This document shows, piece by piece, positions 51,980-62,734 of a stretch of DNA of 64,000 bases (its first letter is position 1; each line of letters starts with the position of its first letter). Location of the stretch: NCBI GenBank assembly GCA_011082265.1, contig CP049781.1, forward strand, positions 476,333 to 540,332, read 5' to 3'. A program made the position numbers and the translations under genes. The stretch comes from Candidatus Lachnocurva vaginae (GTDB lineage Bacteria; Bacillota; Clostridia; Lachnospirales; Lachnospiraceae). Below the pieces are notes generated by a model, which ran no database searches, was not told where the DNA came from, and worked only from the letters and a program-made list of their open reading frames with translations.

Positions 51980-52157
51980 GAACGGAATAATCAGTATTCA
52001 TTCTTTGAATCCGGATGCGATATACTATAAATGTGAAGTGTATGGAAATTTTTATGTCATTGACATTTAAACGGCAAATGTTAATCAGCGTTGCTTGTGG
52101 AAACGGTATGTTTTTCCTACAATGAGGACAACAACTGATAAAAGGAGGTTATCATCG

Positions 52158-52673
52158 ATGCTTAATGAGAACATTCAGTCCATAAGAAAATCGAAAGGAC
52201 TATCACAAGAGGAGCTTGCTATTAAGCTGAATGTAGTGAGACAGACTGTGTCCAAATGGGAACGCGGCTTATCGGTTCCGGATTCCGAAATGCTGATCAA
52301 CATTTCAGGGATTCTCGAAACACCGGTTAGCGTTTTGCTTGGTGAAACGAATACAGAGAACGCGGTACCCGTTGATGATTTGAAAGTGATTTCTGAAAAA
52401 CTGGAGGCCATCAATCTGCAGTTGGCACGAAGTAAAGCTGCTAAACGAAAAGTTTTACACCGGTTGTTTATCACATTGTGTGCTCTAATTGTGATAATTG
52501 CTACAGTTCTGATTTCACAAAACAGTCCCTATTTGAGTTGGAATTTCAATGATCCGGAAACTGCAATAGTAGGAACATTCTTTCATGCGTTTGAATGGCT
52601 CTTTTTCAGATTGGCACCTGTTGCTTTAATGGGAGCTATTGTTGGGATAGTGTTAACGAGACAAAGGAATTAA
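52158..52673 (+). CDS. XRE-family HTH protein with C-terminal transmembrane anchor
   Basis: IRKSKGLSQEELAIKLNVVRQTVSKWERG HTH; two predicted C-terminal TM helices. ATG 52158 follows an AAAGGAGG RBS; the track ORF starts upstream at 52095. Confidence 0.6.
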   Translation: MLNENIQSIRKSKGLSQEELAIKLNVVRQTVSKWERGLSVPDSEMLINISGILETPVSVLLGETNTENAVPVDDLKVISEKLEAINLQLARSKAAKRKVLHRLFITLCALIVIIATVLISQNSPYLSWNFNDPETAIVGTFFHAFEWLFFRLAPVALMGAIVGIVLTRQRN

Positions 52674-53451
52674 GACAGACCAAAGCGCATCCCTACAGGC
52701 AAGTGTGTCGGCGGCTATGGTTTGGTTAACGGTTTGTTATGAAACTTTAGACAGCCGATGCACTGATTTGACGGAGACAAATCATAACTGATATTAATTC
52801 GCAAACGGGTAATTTATTATATGTGGAAATAAAGTAAGCGTACGGACGTTGGATTTAAATATGGATTTTTCAGAAAAGCTTGATTACATAGCAGAGTAGC
52901 ATTTTGGAGGTCGAATATGAAAATTGAAGTTTCCGATTAATTGTATGATAAATTCCGGGTTGTCATAAACTTGGACTCTCGTGCTCCCGGATGACAAGAG
53001 TTTCATCTGCTTAGTAAATAAAATTTAGAAAACAAAGACTATTTCAAGAATATCGTTAAAAGATATTGATGGCTTGGAGTAAGTCTTTGTTTTTTAATAT
53101 GAAATTATATTAAACAGAAACATATCCAAAGACAAAGGTTGACACCGGTAAAGGATACCAAGAAAAATATAATTACTGCACCATGGTTTTAAAAAACAAA
53201 AATTGTATTTCATAATTGTTTCATAAAAGGTGTGTAGAATATTATTTAAAGTAGCTTTAATTGCTGTTGTGTAAAAAATAAAGGAGGAAAAATTTATGAA
53301 GAAAAATAGCACCAAGAGACGCACGTCGATTACTTATATTATGTTTGAACTTGAGTAAAGTCGGTTGTATCAGATGCAGACAAAGTAAAAATCTTTGTTC
53401 GGTGGATACAATTAGTTATGGTTAAAAAAACAGAAAGGAGTAATCAGAAAA

Positions 53452-54729
53452 GTGATAAAAAATGCTATAGCTTATATTACAAGAAAGAAAAATAGAACCT
53501 TAATAATTTTTATCATATTGACCATAGTTCTTTCTTGCTTGTATTCTTGCTTAACAATAATGAAATCAAGCAATAAAATAGAAAAGACTTTATATAAAAA
53601 TTCTAATTCTTCAATATCAATAACAAAAAAAGACGGTAAATATTTTAATGTCAATCAATTTAAAGATATTGAAAAAATAAAAGAAATTGAAGAAAAAATA
53701 ATTCAATTTGATGGATTGGCAAAACTAAAAGATGCGAAAGTAGTTAGCGGAGAACAAAAAATAAACAGGGAAGATATATCTGATGAATTTAAGAATGTTG
53801 TTTCACTCGAAGCTACAAATAATACTAAAAAAAACATTTTATTTAGCAGTGGAGTATTTACCGTTAAAGAAGGCAAGAGTATAGGAGAAAATGATAAGAA
53901 TTCAATTCTTGTACATGAAGAATTTGCCAAACAAAACAATCTAAAATTAGGTGATGAGGTTAATCTTGAATTATTGGATACGGAGAACAACGGACAATTT
54001 AGAAATCATAAATTTAAGATTATAGGAATTTTTTCCGGCAAAAAGCAAGAAAAATACACGGGATTATCTTCTGACTTCAGTGAAAATATGGTATTCGTGG
54101 ATTATTCAACTAGTCAAGAGATATTAAATAAGACAGAAAACAATCAAATTGCAAATAAAATCTTGATATATTCTAATAGTGCAGAATCTACAGATTCAGC
54201 CCTGAACAAATTGAAAGAGCTTAAAATTGATGAATCAAATTATTCTATTGAGAAAGATAATAATGCTTTTGAAGAGTCTTTAGAGTCAGTGAGCGGAATA
54301 AAACATATTATAAAAATAATGACTTATGCCATTATGTTAGGAGGAGTTGTAGTTCTTTCATTGATTTTAATTCTATGGTTAAGGGAAAGAATCTACGAAA
54401 TAGGTATATTATTATCAATCGGCACATCTAAGATAAAGATAATAATGCAATTTATATTAGAGCTGGTATTCATATCTGTCCTCGGCGTAATAACTTCCTT
54501 ATTTTTAGGGAATGTATTATTAAAAATAATTGCTGATGGATTCATTAAATCAGACGAATCAATGGTTTTCGGTGGAAGCTTAATAAATAATATCGATATT
54601 ATGTTAAATATAAAAACATTTGGAGAAAGTTATTTAATATTAGTAAGTATTATTATATTATCAGTGGTATTTGCTTCTTCATTAATACTAATTAAGAAGC
54701 CAAAAGAAATATTATCAAAAATAACTTAG
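53452..54729 (+). CDS. ABC transporter permease, MacB/FtsX-like (1 TM + extracytoplasmic domain + 3 TM)
   Basis: N-terminal MIKNAIAYITRKKNRTL followed by a TM helix, with C-terminal FtsX-type TM bundle. GTG start. Confidence 0.6.
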   Translation: MIKNAIAYITRKKNRTLIIFIILTIVLSCLYSCLTIMKSSNKIEKTLYKNSNSSISITKKDGKYFNVNQFKDIEKIKEIEEKIIQFDGLAKLKDAKVVSGEQKINREDISDEFKNVVSLEATNNTKKNILFSSGVFTVKEGKSIGENDKNSILVHEEFAKQNNLKLGDEVNLELLDTENNGQFRNHKFKIIGIFSGKKQEKYTGLSSDFSENMVFVDYSTSQEILNKTENNQIANKILIYSNSAESTDSALNKLKELKIDESNYSIEKDNNAFEESLESVSGIKHIIKIMTYAIMLGGVVVLSLILILWLRERIYEIGILLSIGTSKIKIIMQFILELVFISVLGVITSLFLGNVLLKIIADGFIKSDESMVFGGSLINNIDIMLNIKTFGESYLILVSIIILSVVFASSLILIKKPKEILSKIT

Positions 54730-54738
54730 GAGAAAATA

Positions 54739-55395
54739 ATGGATATATTAGAAATAAAAAATGTAGCATATAGTTATTCAAACTCTAAAGAAAAAGTACT
54801 GTCAGGAATTAATCAAAAATTTGAATTAGGCAAGTTTTATGCAATAGTAGGAAAATCCGGAACAGGAAAATCCACACTACTTTCATTGCTTGCAGGTCTT
54901 GATAAGCCTAAATCGGGAAAAATATTATTTAAGAATGAAGATATAGAAAAAAAGGGATATAGTAATCACAGAAAAAATAACATATCTTTGGTATTTCAAA
55001 ACTATAATTTAATTGACTACTTGTCACCACTTGAAAATATTAGATTGGTTAATAAGTCAGCTGATGAAAGTATACTATGTGAACTGGGATTAGATCAGAA
55101 ACAAATAAAAAGAAATGTTATGAAATTATCAGGTGGACAGCAACAAAGGGTAGCTATTGCCAGAGCATTGGTATCGGAGGCTCCGATAATACTGGCTGAT
55201 GAACCTACAGGGAACTTAGACAGTGTTACTGCCGGAGAAATAATTGATATATTAAAGAAATTAGCTAAAAATAGAAATAAATGCGTAATAGTTGTAACAC
55301 ACAGTAAGAAAGTGGCGGATTCTGCGGATATAATTTTAGAATTAAGCGGTAAAAAATTGAAAAAAGTGAATAAAATGAATTTGGAGGTTGAATAA
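54739..55395 (+). CDS. ABC transporter ATP-binding protein
   Basis: GKSGTGKST Walker [16 protein letters not shown] signature. Confidence 0.85.
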   Translation: MDILEIKNVAYSYSNSKEKVLSGINQKFELGKFYAIVGKSGTGKSTLLSLLAGLDKPKSGKILFKNEDIEKKGYSNHRKNNISLVFQNYNLIDYLSPLENIRLVNKSADESILCELGLDQKQIKRNVMKLSGGQQQRVAIARALVSEAPIILADEPTGNLDSVTAGEIIDILKKLAKNRNKCVIVVTHSKKVADSADIILELSGKKLKKVNKMNLEVE

Positions 55396-56771
55396 TGATA
55401 AAAAATGCATTTGCTTATGTAACCAGAAAAAGCTTGAAATCATTGATTCTTATATTGGTTATTTTATCAATGTCAACTTTGAGTCTTATTAGCTTATCTA
55501 TTAAAGATGCTACAGACAGAGCCTCAAAAGAAACATTTGCCAACATAACAAACAGTTTTTCTATGGAAATCAATAGACAAGTAAATCCGGGAACACCTAG
55601 GGGCGGAGGAAATGTAAAGGGTGAAGACATTAAAAAGATATCTCAAACAGACAGTATAGACTCCTATGTAAAAAGAATAAACAGCGTTGCGGATCTAGTT
55701 GATTATGATATTATTGAAAATAAAGAGACACTTGCAAATCAATCACCGGAGAGAGCTAAGAATTTTAAAAGAACGGTTATGTTGACAGGTGTTAACGACT
55801 CATCAAAAGAAACAAAATTTGTATCAGAAGCATATAAATTAGTTGAAGGAAATCATTTAAAAAACGATGATAAAAATAAAGTTTTGTTGCATAAGGATTT
55901 AGCGGCAAAAAACAATCTGAAAGTCGGAGATAAAATTAAATTGAAATCCAATTTATTTGATGCCGATAATGAAAAGGGAGCAGATGAAACCGTAGAAGTA
56001 GAAATTAAAGGTTTGTTTGATGGACATAACAGCGGCGGAGTGAGTGCCGCACAAGAGCTTTATGAAAACACATTGATTACCGATGTTCACACGGCTGCTA
56101 AAGTTTATGGAAATACAGAAAATACAGCTGTATATCAAGATGCAACATTCTTCGTAAAAGGTGATAAAAGTCTTGATAGCGTAATAAGGGATCTTGGAAA
56201 ATTAGATATAAATTGGAGAGAATATAATTTGATTAAGAGCACATCAAATTATCCGGCGTTACAACAATCCATATCGGGTATCTATTCAATATCAAACAAA
56301 TTGTTTGCCGGCTCATTAATATTTGCAGGCGTTGTAGTTTCATTGTTACTGTTCTTATGGATGAATGCCAGAAAGAAAGAAATAGCGGTATTGCTGTCAT
56401 TGGGCAAATCAAAATTAGAAATTTTCGGACAGTTTATAATTGAGATGGTATTCATATCTGTTCCCGCACTTTTCGGTTCTTATTTCTTAGCTCAATATAC
56501 ATCTGATAAGCTTGGGAACAATATATTGAATAAGGTTACCGGTGATATAGCTAAACAAATAGCAAGACAATCTGCGTCTAGTCAATTAGGCGGTGGGGCA
56601 GAAGCTGAAGGCTTTAACAAGACTTTATCAAGTTTAGATATAAATGTGTTACCTAAATTTATAATTTATGTAGTTATATTTGTGAGTTTGGTACTTCTTG
56701 TATCATTGATTATTTCTTCATTTAATATATTAAGAAAGAATCCCAAAGAACTATTAATTGACAATAATTAA
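55395..56771 (+). CDS. ABC transporter permease, MacB/FtsX-like (paralog of 53452-54729)
   Basis: Same N-terminal pattern MIKNAFAYVTRKSLKSL and C-terminal FtsX TM bundle. Confidence 0.6.
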   Translation: MIKNAFAYVTRKSLKSLILILVILSMSTLSLISLSIKDATDRASKETFANITNSFSMEINRQVNPGTPRGGGNVKGEDIKKISQTDSIDSYVKRINSVADLVDYDIIENKETLANQSPERAKNFKRTVMLTGVNDSSKETKFVSEAYKLVEGNHLKNDDKNKVLLHKDLAAKNNLKVGDKIKLKSNLFDADNEKGADETVEVEIKGLFDGHNSGGVSAAQELYENTLITDVHTAAKVYGNTENTAVYQDATFFVKGDKSLDSVIRDLGKLDINWREYNLIKSTSNYPALQQSISGIYSISNKLFAGSLIFAGVVVSLLLFLWMNARKKEIAVLLSLGKSKLEIFGQFIIEMVFISVPALFGSYFLAQYTSDKLGNNILNKVTGDIAKQIARQSASSQLGGGAEAEGFNKTLSSLDINVLPKFIIYVVIFVSLVLLVSLIISSFNILRKNPKELLIDNN

Positions 56772-56823
56772 AATTAAATAAGATACTGTATAATACAGTA
56801 TATATACTTGAAATGAGGCATCT

Positions 56824-57477
56824 ATGAGAATATTAACTGTTGAAGATGATAGTATTATAAGAGAGGGTATAAGTGAATATCTTTCGGAATTCGGATATAC
56901 TGTTATTCAAGCTAAAGATGGCAGGGAAGCCCTATCAAAATTTAATAGCGATATAAATTTGGTTATCTTAGATATTCAGATACCTTTTATAAATGGCTTA
57001 GAATTATTGAAAGAAATTAGAAAGAAAAGCGATTTACCAATTATAATTTTGACTGCATTTAGTGATGAAGAATATAAAATTGATGCATTTACTAATTTGG
57101 TAGACGGATATATGGAAAAGCCATTTTCATTACCGGTTTTAAAGGCCAGAATAGATGCTTTAATTAAGAAAACTTATGGGCATTTAGAGAAATTTGAATA
57201 TAAGGATTTATCGGTTAATTTTAATAGCTATACGGCTAAAATAAATGATAAAGAAATAGATGTGAATGTAAAAGAATTAGAAATTTTAAAATGCTTATTG
57301 GACCATGACGGACAAGTTTTAACAAGAATGCAAATCATTGATTATGTATGGAAAGACAGCGAAGAAATTCCTTATGATCGAGTAATAGATGTATATATAA
57401 AAGAACTTAGAAAAAAATTACAATTAGACTGTATAACTACTATAAGAAATGTGGGATATAAATTGGAGAGAAAATGA
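56824..57477 (+). CDS. OmpR-family response regulator
   Basis: Receiver domain (LTVEDD...DLVILD) and a winged-helix C-terminus (TIRNVGYKLE). Confidence 0.85.
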   Translation: MRILTVEDDSIIREGISEYLSEFGYTVIQAKDGREALSKFNSDINLVILDIQIPFINGLELLKEIRKKSDLPIIILTAFSDEEYKIDAFTNLVDGYMEKPFSLPVLKARIDALIKKTYGHLEKFEYKDLSVNFNSYTAKINDKEIDVNVKELEILKCLLDHDGQVLTRMQIIDYVWKDSEEIPYDRVIDVYIKELRKKLQLDCITTIRNVGYKLERK

Positions 57478-58784
57478 AAGAATTAAAGATATTCCCCAAA
57501 ATGTTTATACAAATATTTTCTGTCCTTGGAATAATAATGATATCGGTTCATTCGTTGGTTTTTTTTATCTTTCCCAAAACATATTTGGAAACGAGAAAAG
57601 AAAAGATTCATAATATGGCAAATGAAATTTCCGGAAATATGAACGGAAAAGAAATAAAATATATAGAGCAAACTTTAGAGCTTTATTCTAAAAGTAGTGA
57701 AATAAAGGCGTTTATAAAAGAAAAAAAATATAATAATGAATTACAAATAAAAGATAATATAAATTTTAATCCGGAAAGTGATAGTAATTCTTTGATAATT
57801 GAAGAAAGAGAAATAAAGCTTAATGATGGTAAAAAAATAAATCTGCAATTTGTTTCTACAGCTGACATGCAAAAAGACGCAAAAGATTTAAGCCTTAAAT
57901 TTTTACCATATTCTTTATTGATATCAATTTTATTTTCTGCCGTTATTTCTTTGTTTTATGCAAAATTGATAAAAAACAACATACAAGAAATAAAAACTGT
58001 GACTGATAAAATGATGAAACTTGATAAAAAAACACGTTTAAAAGTTGGCTCAAACGATGAGATTGGACAATTAAAACAACAAATTAATGATTTGTATTCT
58101 GTTTTATTAAGAAATATTAACGATTTAGAATATAAAAACAAAGAGATTTTAAAATTAGAAAAGGTAAAATACGATTTTTTTAAAGGTGCATCCCATGAAC
58201 TTAAAACTCCTCTTGCCAGTCTTAAAATAATATTGGAAAATATGAAATATAATATTGGAAAATACAAAGAAAGAGATGTTTATATTAATGAATGCATTGA
58301 AATCGTTGATAGTCTAACAAAAAATATTTATCAAATATTATCTATTCATTCTATAGAAAATTTAAATAATGATGAAGAATATTTAAAAATAAATGACACA
58401 TTAGAAGATGTATTAAAAAAGTATGAAATATTAGCCAAACAAAAGAAAATAACTATCAATAATTATATATTAGACGAGAATATTTATATAGGGAAAACAG
58501 CTTTAAGTATTGTTCTGTCTAATTTGATTAGCAATGCTGTAAAATATACTGATGTAAGTGGAGTGATTAATATTAGGGTGGTTAATGATTGGCTATATAT
58601 AGAAAATTCATATGATAACGGTAAAATTTCTATGGATAAAATATTTGATGTTAAATTTGATTTAAATAAGGAAAACAGTAATGGATTGGGATTATATATT
58701 GTGAGTAATATTCTTAATAATTACGATATAGCATATAAAGTATTGCAGAATGAAGGATTTTTTATCTTTAAAATAAAAATATAA
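57474..58784 (+). CDS. sensor histidine kinase (two N-terminal TM helices, HisKA + HATPase_c)
   Basis: H-box ASHELKTPLAS, N-box region SNAVKYT, G-box GLGLYIV. Confidence 0.75.
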   Translation: MKELKIFPKMFIQIFSVLGIIMISVHSLVFFIFPKTYLETRKEKIHNMANEISGNMNGKEIKYIEQTLELYSKSSEIKAFIKEKKYNNELQIKDNINFNPESDSNSLIIEEREIKLNDGKKINLQFVSTADMQKDAKDLSLKFLPYSLLISILFSAVISLFYAKLIKNNIQEIKTVTDKMMKLDKKTRLKVGSNDEIGQLKQQINDLYSVLLRNINDLEYKNKEILKLEKVKYDFFKGASHELKTPLASLKIILENMKYNIGKYKERDVYINECIEIVDSLTKNIYQILSIHSIENLNNDEEYLKINDTLEDVLKKYEILAKQKKITINNYILDENIYIGKTALSIVLSNLISNAVKYTDVSGVINIRVVNDWLYIENSYDNGKISMDKIFDVKFDLNKENSNGLGLYIVSNILNNYDIAYKVLQNEGFFIFKIKI

Positions 58785-59477
58785 CACCGCCACTTGTTTT
58801 TCTTACGCAGTTTTAAAAAATGTTGGATTCGGATTTTAACAGCTTTATTTCAAAGCATTCGGTGCGTTTTTAGCGTTGCACACAGCTTCATATAATGCTG
58901 CTAATCTTATTTATCACCGGTGACTTCCACTATTCCCTTTACATCTGAAACCGACTCTACAAACAGCATGCCTTGTCCCGGAATATCCAGATTCAAACGA
59001 TGAAATAAAGCTTCCGTGACCGTATTCGCTAGCACGTTTATCAAGATAGTTAAAATTTGGCATAATCAAAATCTCCTTTGTTATTTATGTAAATGGAATT
59101 TTCCCTTTGTTAATACTGAATCTAATGCTCAATATAAATATCTAGATGCAGTTTATTCATTGATTCGATTCCATTCTTGTAAATAATTCCAGTTGTATTA
59201 GTAGCTTTTGCAATCTGGTTTATATTGTTTGTTGCATTTGAAAGCAGCCATTGTAAGTTTCTAAATGGTTCTAAATCTACAACATAAATTTATTTTTCTA
59301 TTATCCATAGTATATCTCCTTATCATAAAATATTGGGGTCTTAGGGTTCTCCCTAACAAAGTAAAATTGATAAAAAAAGAAGCAGTCCATAAAGGTTCTG
59401 CTTCATCAATTTTTCGTAAGTGGGTACTCACTTACTGTGCTTGCTATTAAAGTTAAAAGCGTTAATCGTATATTAAG

Positions 59478-60569
59478 TTATTTTTCTAAATCTTTAGTAT
59501 TATCCTCGAGTTCTAAGAACTTATCAAAATCACTTTTATAGAGTCTATCTTGTATAATTCTAAATTTTTCAAACTCACTCTCTGCGTGTTTTTTAGCAAG
59601 AGCTGCAGACACTTTTCCTGAATCATTTAAGATTTCTTTATCCCATAATTGTAAAAATCCATTTAATCTTTTTTCCCAATCTTCCATTGTCATAGGAATA
59701 TGTCTTTCTGCTTGCAGTTCTGCCATGTCCAAATAAGAGGAAACAATTCTTTGCATTTGATTTAATTCTTCTTCGTTTAGATAATTTTTTGCAACGACTA
59801 CATCATATTTATGAATTTTTGAATCTGGAGAGCCTTCCCAAGTTGTAAGTCCCATATTTTTCGCTTTGTGATTGGCTCTATCTACAATTAATTCAGCTGC
59901 AGTTTTTCCATGAATTGCATAGTGGAGTTTATTTTGAATAGCGGCAAAAAATCTTTTTGTTGCTTTTGCAGATGGGTCATAGTCTAAAGAAGTGGCATAA
60001 ATATCTGTGATTTTTTGATAGAATCTTCTCTCCGATAATCTAATTTCACGAATTTTTACAAGTAATTTTTCAAAATAATCCTTGGTAAGTTTTGTGCCAG
60101 AATTTTTTAATCTTTCATCATCCATTGCCCAACCTTTAATTGTAAAATCTTTTACAATTTGGTTTGCCCACTTTCTAAATTGGACGGCACGTTCATTATT
60201 TACTTTAAAGCCTACTGCAATGATTGCTTGTAGGTTATAGTGCTTTGTATTATATGATTTTCCGTCGTTTGCAGTTATTAAGTATTTCTTAATAACTGAA
60301 TTTTCGTCTAATTCGTTATCGTCAAATATTTTTTTTAGATGTTGATTTATTGCGGAAACACTTACATCATAAAGAGCTGCCATCATCTTTTGAGTAAGCC
60401 AAATATTCTCATCTTCATATCTAATTTCAATAGCTTCCTTATCATCGCCGTTAGCTGCAATAAAAGTTAAGTATTCAGCAGCAGATGATCTAATTTGAAG
60501 CTCATTTTTATCATGATTTTCGTTTTTATTTTTATCAATTTTTCTACTCATAATTTCCTCCAAGTACAA
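59478..60569 (-). CDS. RhuM-family protein (ORF6N-type N-terminal DNA-binding region)
   Basis: ENIWLTQKMMAALYDVSVSAINQHLKKIFDDNELDENSVIKKYLITANDGKSYNTKHYNLQAIIAVGFKVNNERAVQFRKWAN matches the RhuM consensus. Confidence 0.75.
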   Translation of the reverse strand: MYLEEIMSRKIDKNKNENHDKNELQIRSSAAEYLTFIAANGDDKEAIEIRYEDENIWLTQKMMAALYDVSVSAINQHLKKIFDDNELDENSVIKKYLITANDGKSYNTKHYNLQAIIAVGFKVNNERAVQFRKWANQIVKDFTIKGWAMDDERLKNSGTKLTKDYFEKLLVKIREIRLSERRFYQKITDIYATSLDYDPSAKATKRFFAAIQNKLHYAIHGKTAAELIVDRANHKAKNMGLTTWEGSPDSKIHKYDVVVAKNYLNEEELNQMQRIVSSYLDMAELQAERHIPMTMEDWEKRLNGFLQLWDKEILNDSGKVSAALAKKHAESEFEKFRIIQDRLYKSDFDKFLELEDNTKDLEK

Positions 60570-61275
60570 ATTTCATTCTACCTTTAAACACTGGAATAGT
60601 AATTAAGAATACAATTACATAATGTATAAAGGAATTTATCATCATACTTTTTGTTATTGTTAATTGATGATAAGTTTGACTTATTATTTTAAAAGCGGTT
60701 AGTGTGCTTGTTATAAAATAAGTGCCAACCATAGGGCGACTGATAATCCTATAAAATCAATCAAAAATGCTGAGATTTTTACAGAGTAGGTAGTGATGAG
60801 ATAGTAGAAAACTATTTTTCTGTTTGAGATATAATACAAACTGAACTTATATTTATAGCATAGCACAAACATTCGAGTTTGTAAATAAATTGTGTTTATT
60901 ATCAAAGAAAGAAGGAAGCCATTGCATTGATTAGCACCTAAATTTAATATTGGCATTCATTGACTGAAAGAATTTAACAGGTGAAGAATACAGTATTTCT
61001 TGTGAAATTATAAATAATCAATTCTTAAAATCTGAAATAGAAACCGGGGAGATGCTAGAATGTATAAGCTTTTATGGGGAAGAAAGGATAAAGCTATCCA
61101 TTGGAGCCTATGGGGAAAGTTGGGGATACATAGGGTGCAGACTAATGGAAACAATTTTTTGCCGTGTGTCTTTTACGCACAAAAGTGCAAGTTAGTCAAT
61201 TTGGGCGTAATTTTTAAGTTGAACTTGAAATTTACGCCCAAAATGTATACACTATTATGCAAAGGGGGGCCTTTT

Positions 61276-62448
61276 ATGATAAAAAGAAAAGTTGCTGAAA
61301 AGTTGGTACAAGTTTCCAAGCAAGTGCCTGTAGTTACCGTAATTGGGCCGAGACAATCTGGTAAAACTACCCTAGTAAAGGAGTGTTTTCCAGAATACAA
61401 TTACGTAAATTTAGAAGATCCCTTTACTAGAGCGTTAGCCACAGAAGATTACCGAGGATTTTTTGCAAGCTACAAAGAACCTCTCATTATAGATGAAGTT
61501 CAGCGAGTACCTGAGCTTCTTTCAGCAGTGCAAGTTATGGTTGACGAAGATAGAGAGAGAAATGGGCGATTTATACTAACTGGAAGTCATCAATCCACCT
61601 TGCAAAAAGAAATTTCTCAATCTTTAGCAGGTAGAACGAGCATAGTGACGCTTCTCCCATTAAGCATGGATGAACTTGCCGAAGATGGACGTCTAGGGAA
61701 ATTATCTGCCAATAAGTTATTAATTCAGGGTTTTATGCCTGAATTATATAGAGAAAATTCAAGAGAAAGCAGTGTGTATTATCGCGATTACTTGAATACA
61801 TATGTGGAAAAAGATTTACGCGAAATGTTAGAAGTTAAGAATTTGGATAAGTTTCTACGATTCTTAACCTTGCTTGCAGGCAGAGTTGGGCAAGTTGTAA
61901 ATTTGTCTTCTATGTCTGGAGACGTTGGCGTTTCATCTGCAACTTTGTCGCAATGGCTGTCAGTACTTGAGGCATCTTATATAGTGTATAAGTTACAGCC
62001 ATATTTTTCTAACATTTCAAAGCGGCACACCAAATCGCCAAAAATCTATTTTACAGAAATTGGATTGGCTTCATACTTATTGGGAATTGAAACAGAAAAT
62101 CACGCAAATAGAGATCCATTACGGGGAAATCTTTTCGAAAATCTAATCGTTTCGGAAATCCTAAAATCTCGATTGAACGAGAACAAAACTCCTCAGCTAT
62201 TTTACATGAGAACAGAAAAAGGGATAGAGGTGGATTTGATTGCAAAGGAAGAAAATGCTTTATATCCAATTGAAATAAAAACATCAATGACACCTAATAG
62301 GTCGTTTTCTAAGAATTTACTATCTTTTGTAGATGCAGAAGAAAATGCAAAGAATCCTAAAATTATTTACACAGGACAGTCTTACCCACAATTTAATGGC
62401 GTTGAGTATGTTAACTTCAAAGATACAAAAAACTACCAGATGTTCTAG
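61276..62448 (+). CDS. AAA_14 / DUF4143 family ATPase
   Basis: GPRQSGKTT Walker A, DEVQ Walker B, C-terminal DUF4143-like region. ATG 61276 follows an RBS; the track starts at 61060. Confidence 0.7.
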   Translation: MIKRKVAEKLVQVSKQVPVVTVIGPRQSGKTTLVKECFPEYNYVNLEDPFTRALATEDYRGFFASYKEPLIIDEVQRVPELLSAVQVMVDEDRERNGRFILTGSHQSTLQKEISQSLAGRTSIVTLLPLSMDELAEDGRLGKLSANKLLIQGFMPELYRENSRESSVYYRDYLNTYVEKDLREMLEVKNLDKFLRFLTLLAGRVGQVVNLSSMSGDVGVSSATLSQWLSVLEASYIVYKLQPYFSNISKRHTKSPKIYFTEIGLASYLLGIETENHANRDPLRGNLFENLIVSEILKSRLNENKTPQLFYMRTEKGIEVDLIAKEENALYPIEIKTSMTPNRSFSKNLLSFVDAEENAKNPKIIYTGQSYPQFNGVEYVNFKDTKNYQMF

Positions 62449-62734
62449 ATAACGCTGATGTAAATGCTTATGCATTGTCAAGCAAAATAAACAGACGGTC
62501 GTTACTATGGGATTGAAATCTCTATGAACTGAGTTGTCTGTGCTGTAGGGCTTTACTTGGCGTGTTGGTACGATGATTATCTGGATTTTGTTCCGATGAT
62601 TGCTTACTTTCGTATGGTTTTAGAAGAAAATCTCCTGCGACTATATAAAATAGCGGCAGGAAATAGGAAAAACATGAATTTATGCTATAATTATGCTGTA
62701 TCACTGAAATGGATACGTGAGTAGATGAAATAAG

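Noticed and set aside
60544-60956. Two minus-strand ORFs between the RhuM gene and the AAA ATPase gene.
   Set aside because: They have low-complexity hydrophobic translations, no RBS, and overlap a probable promoter region.
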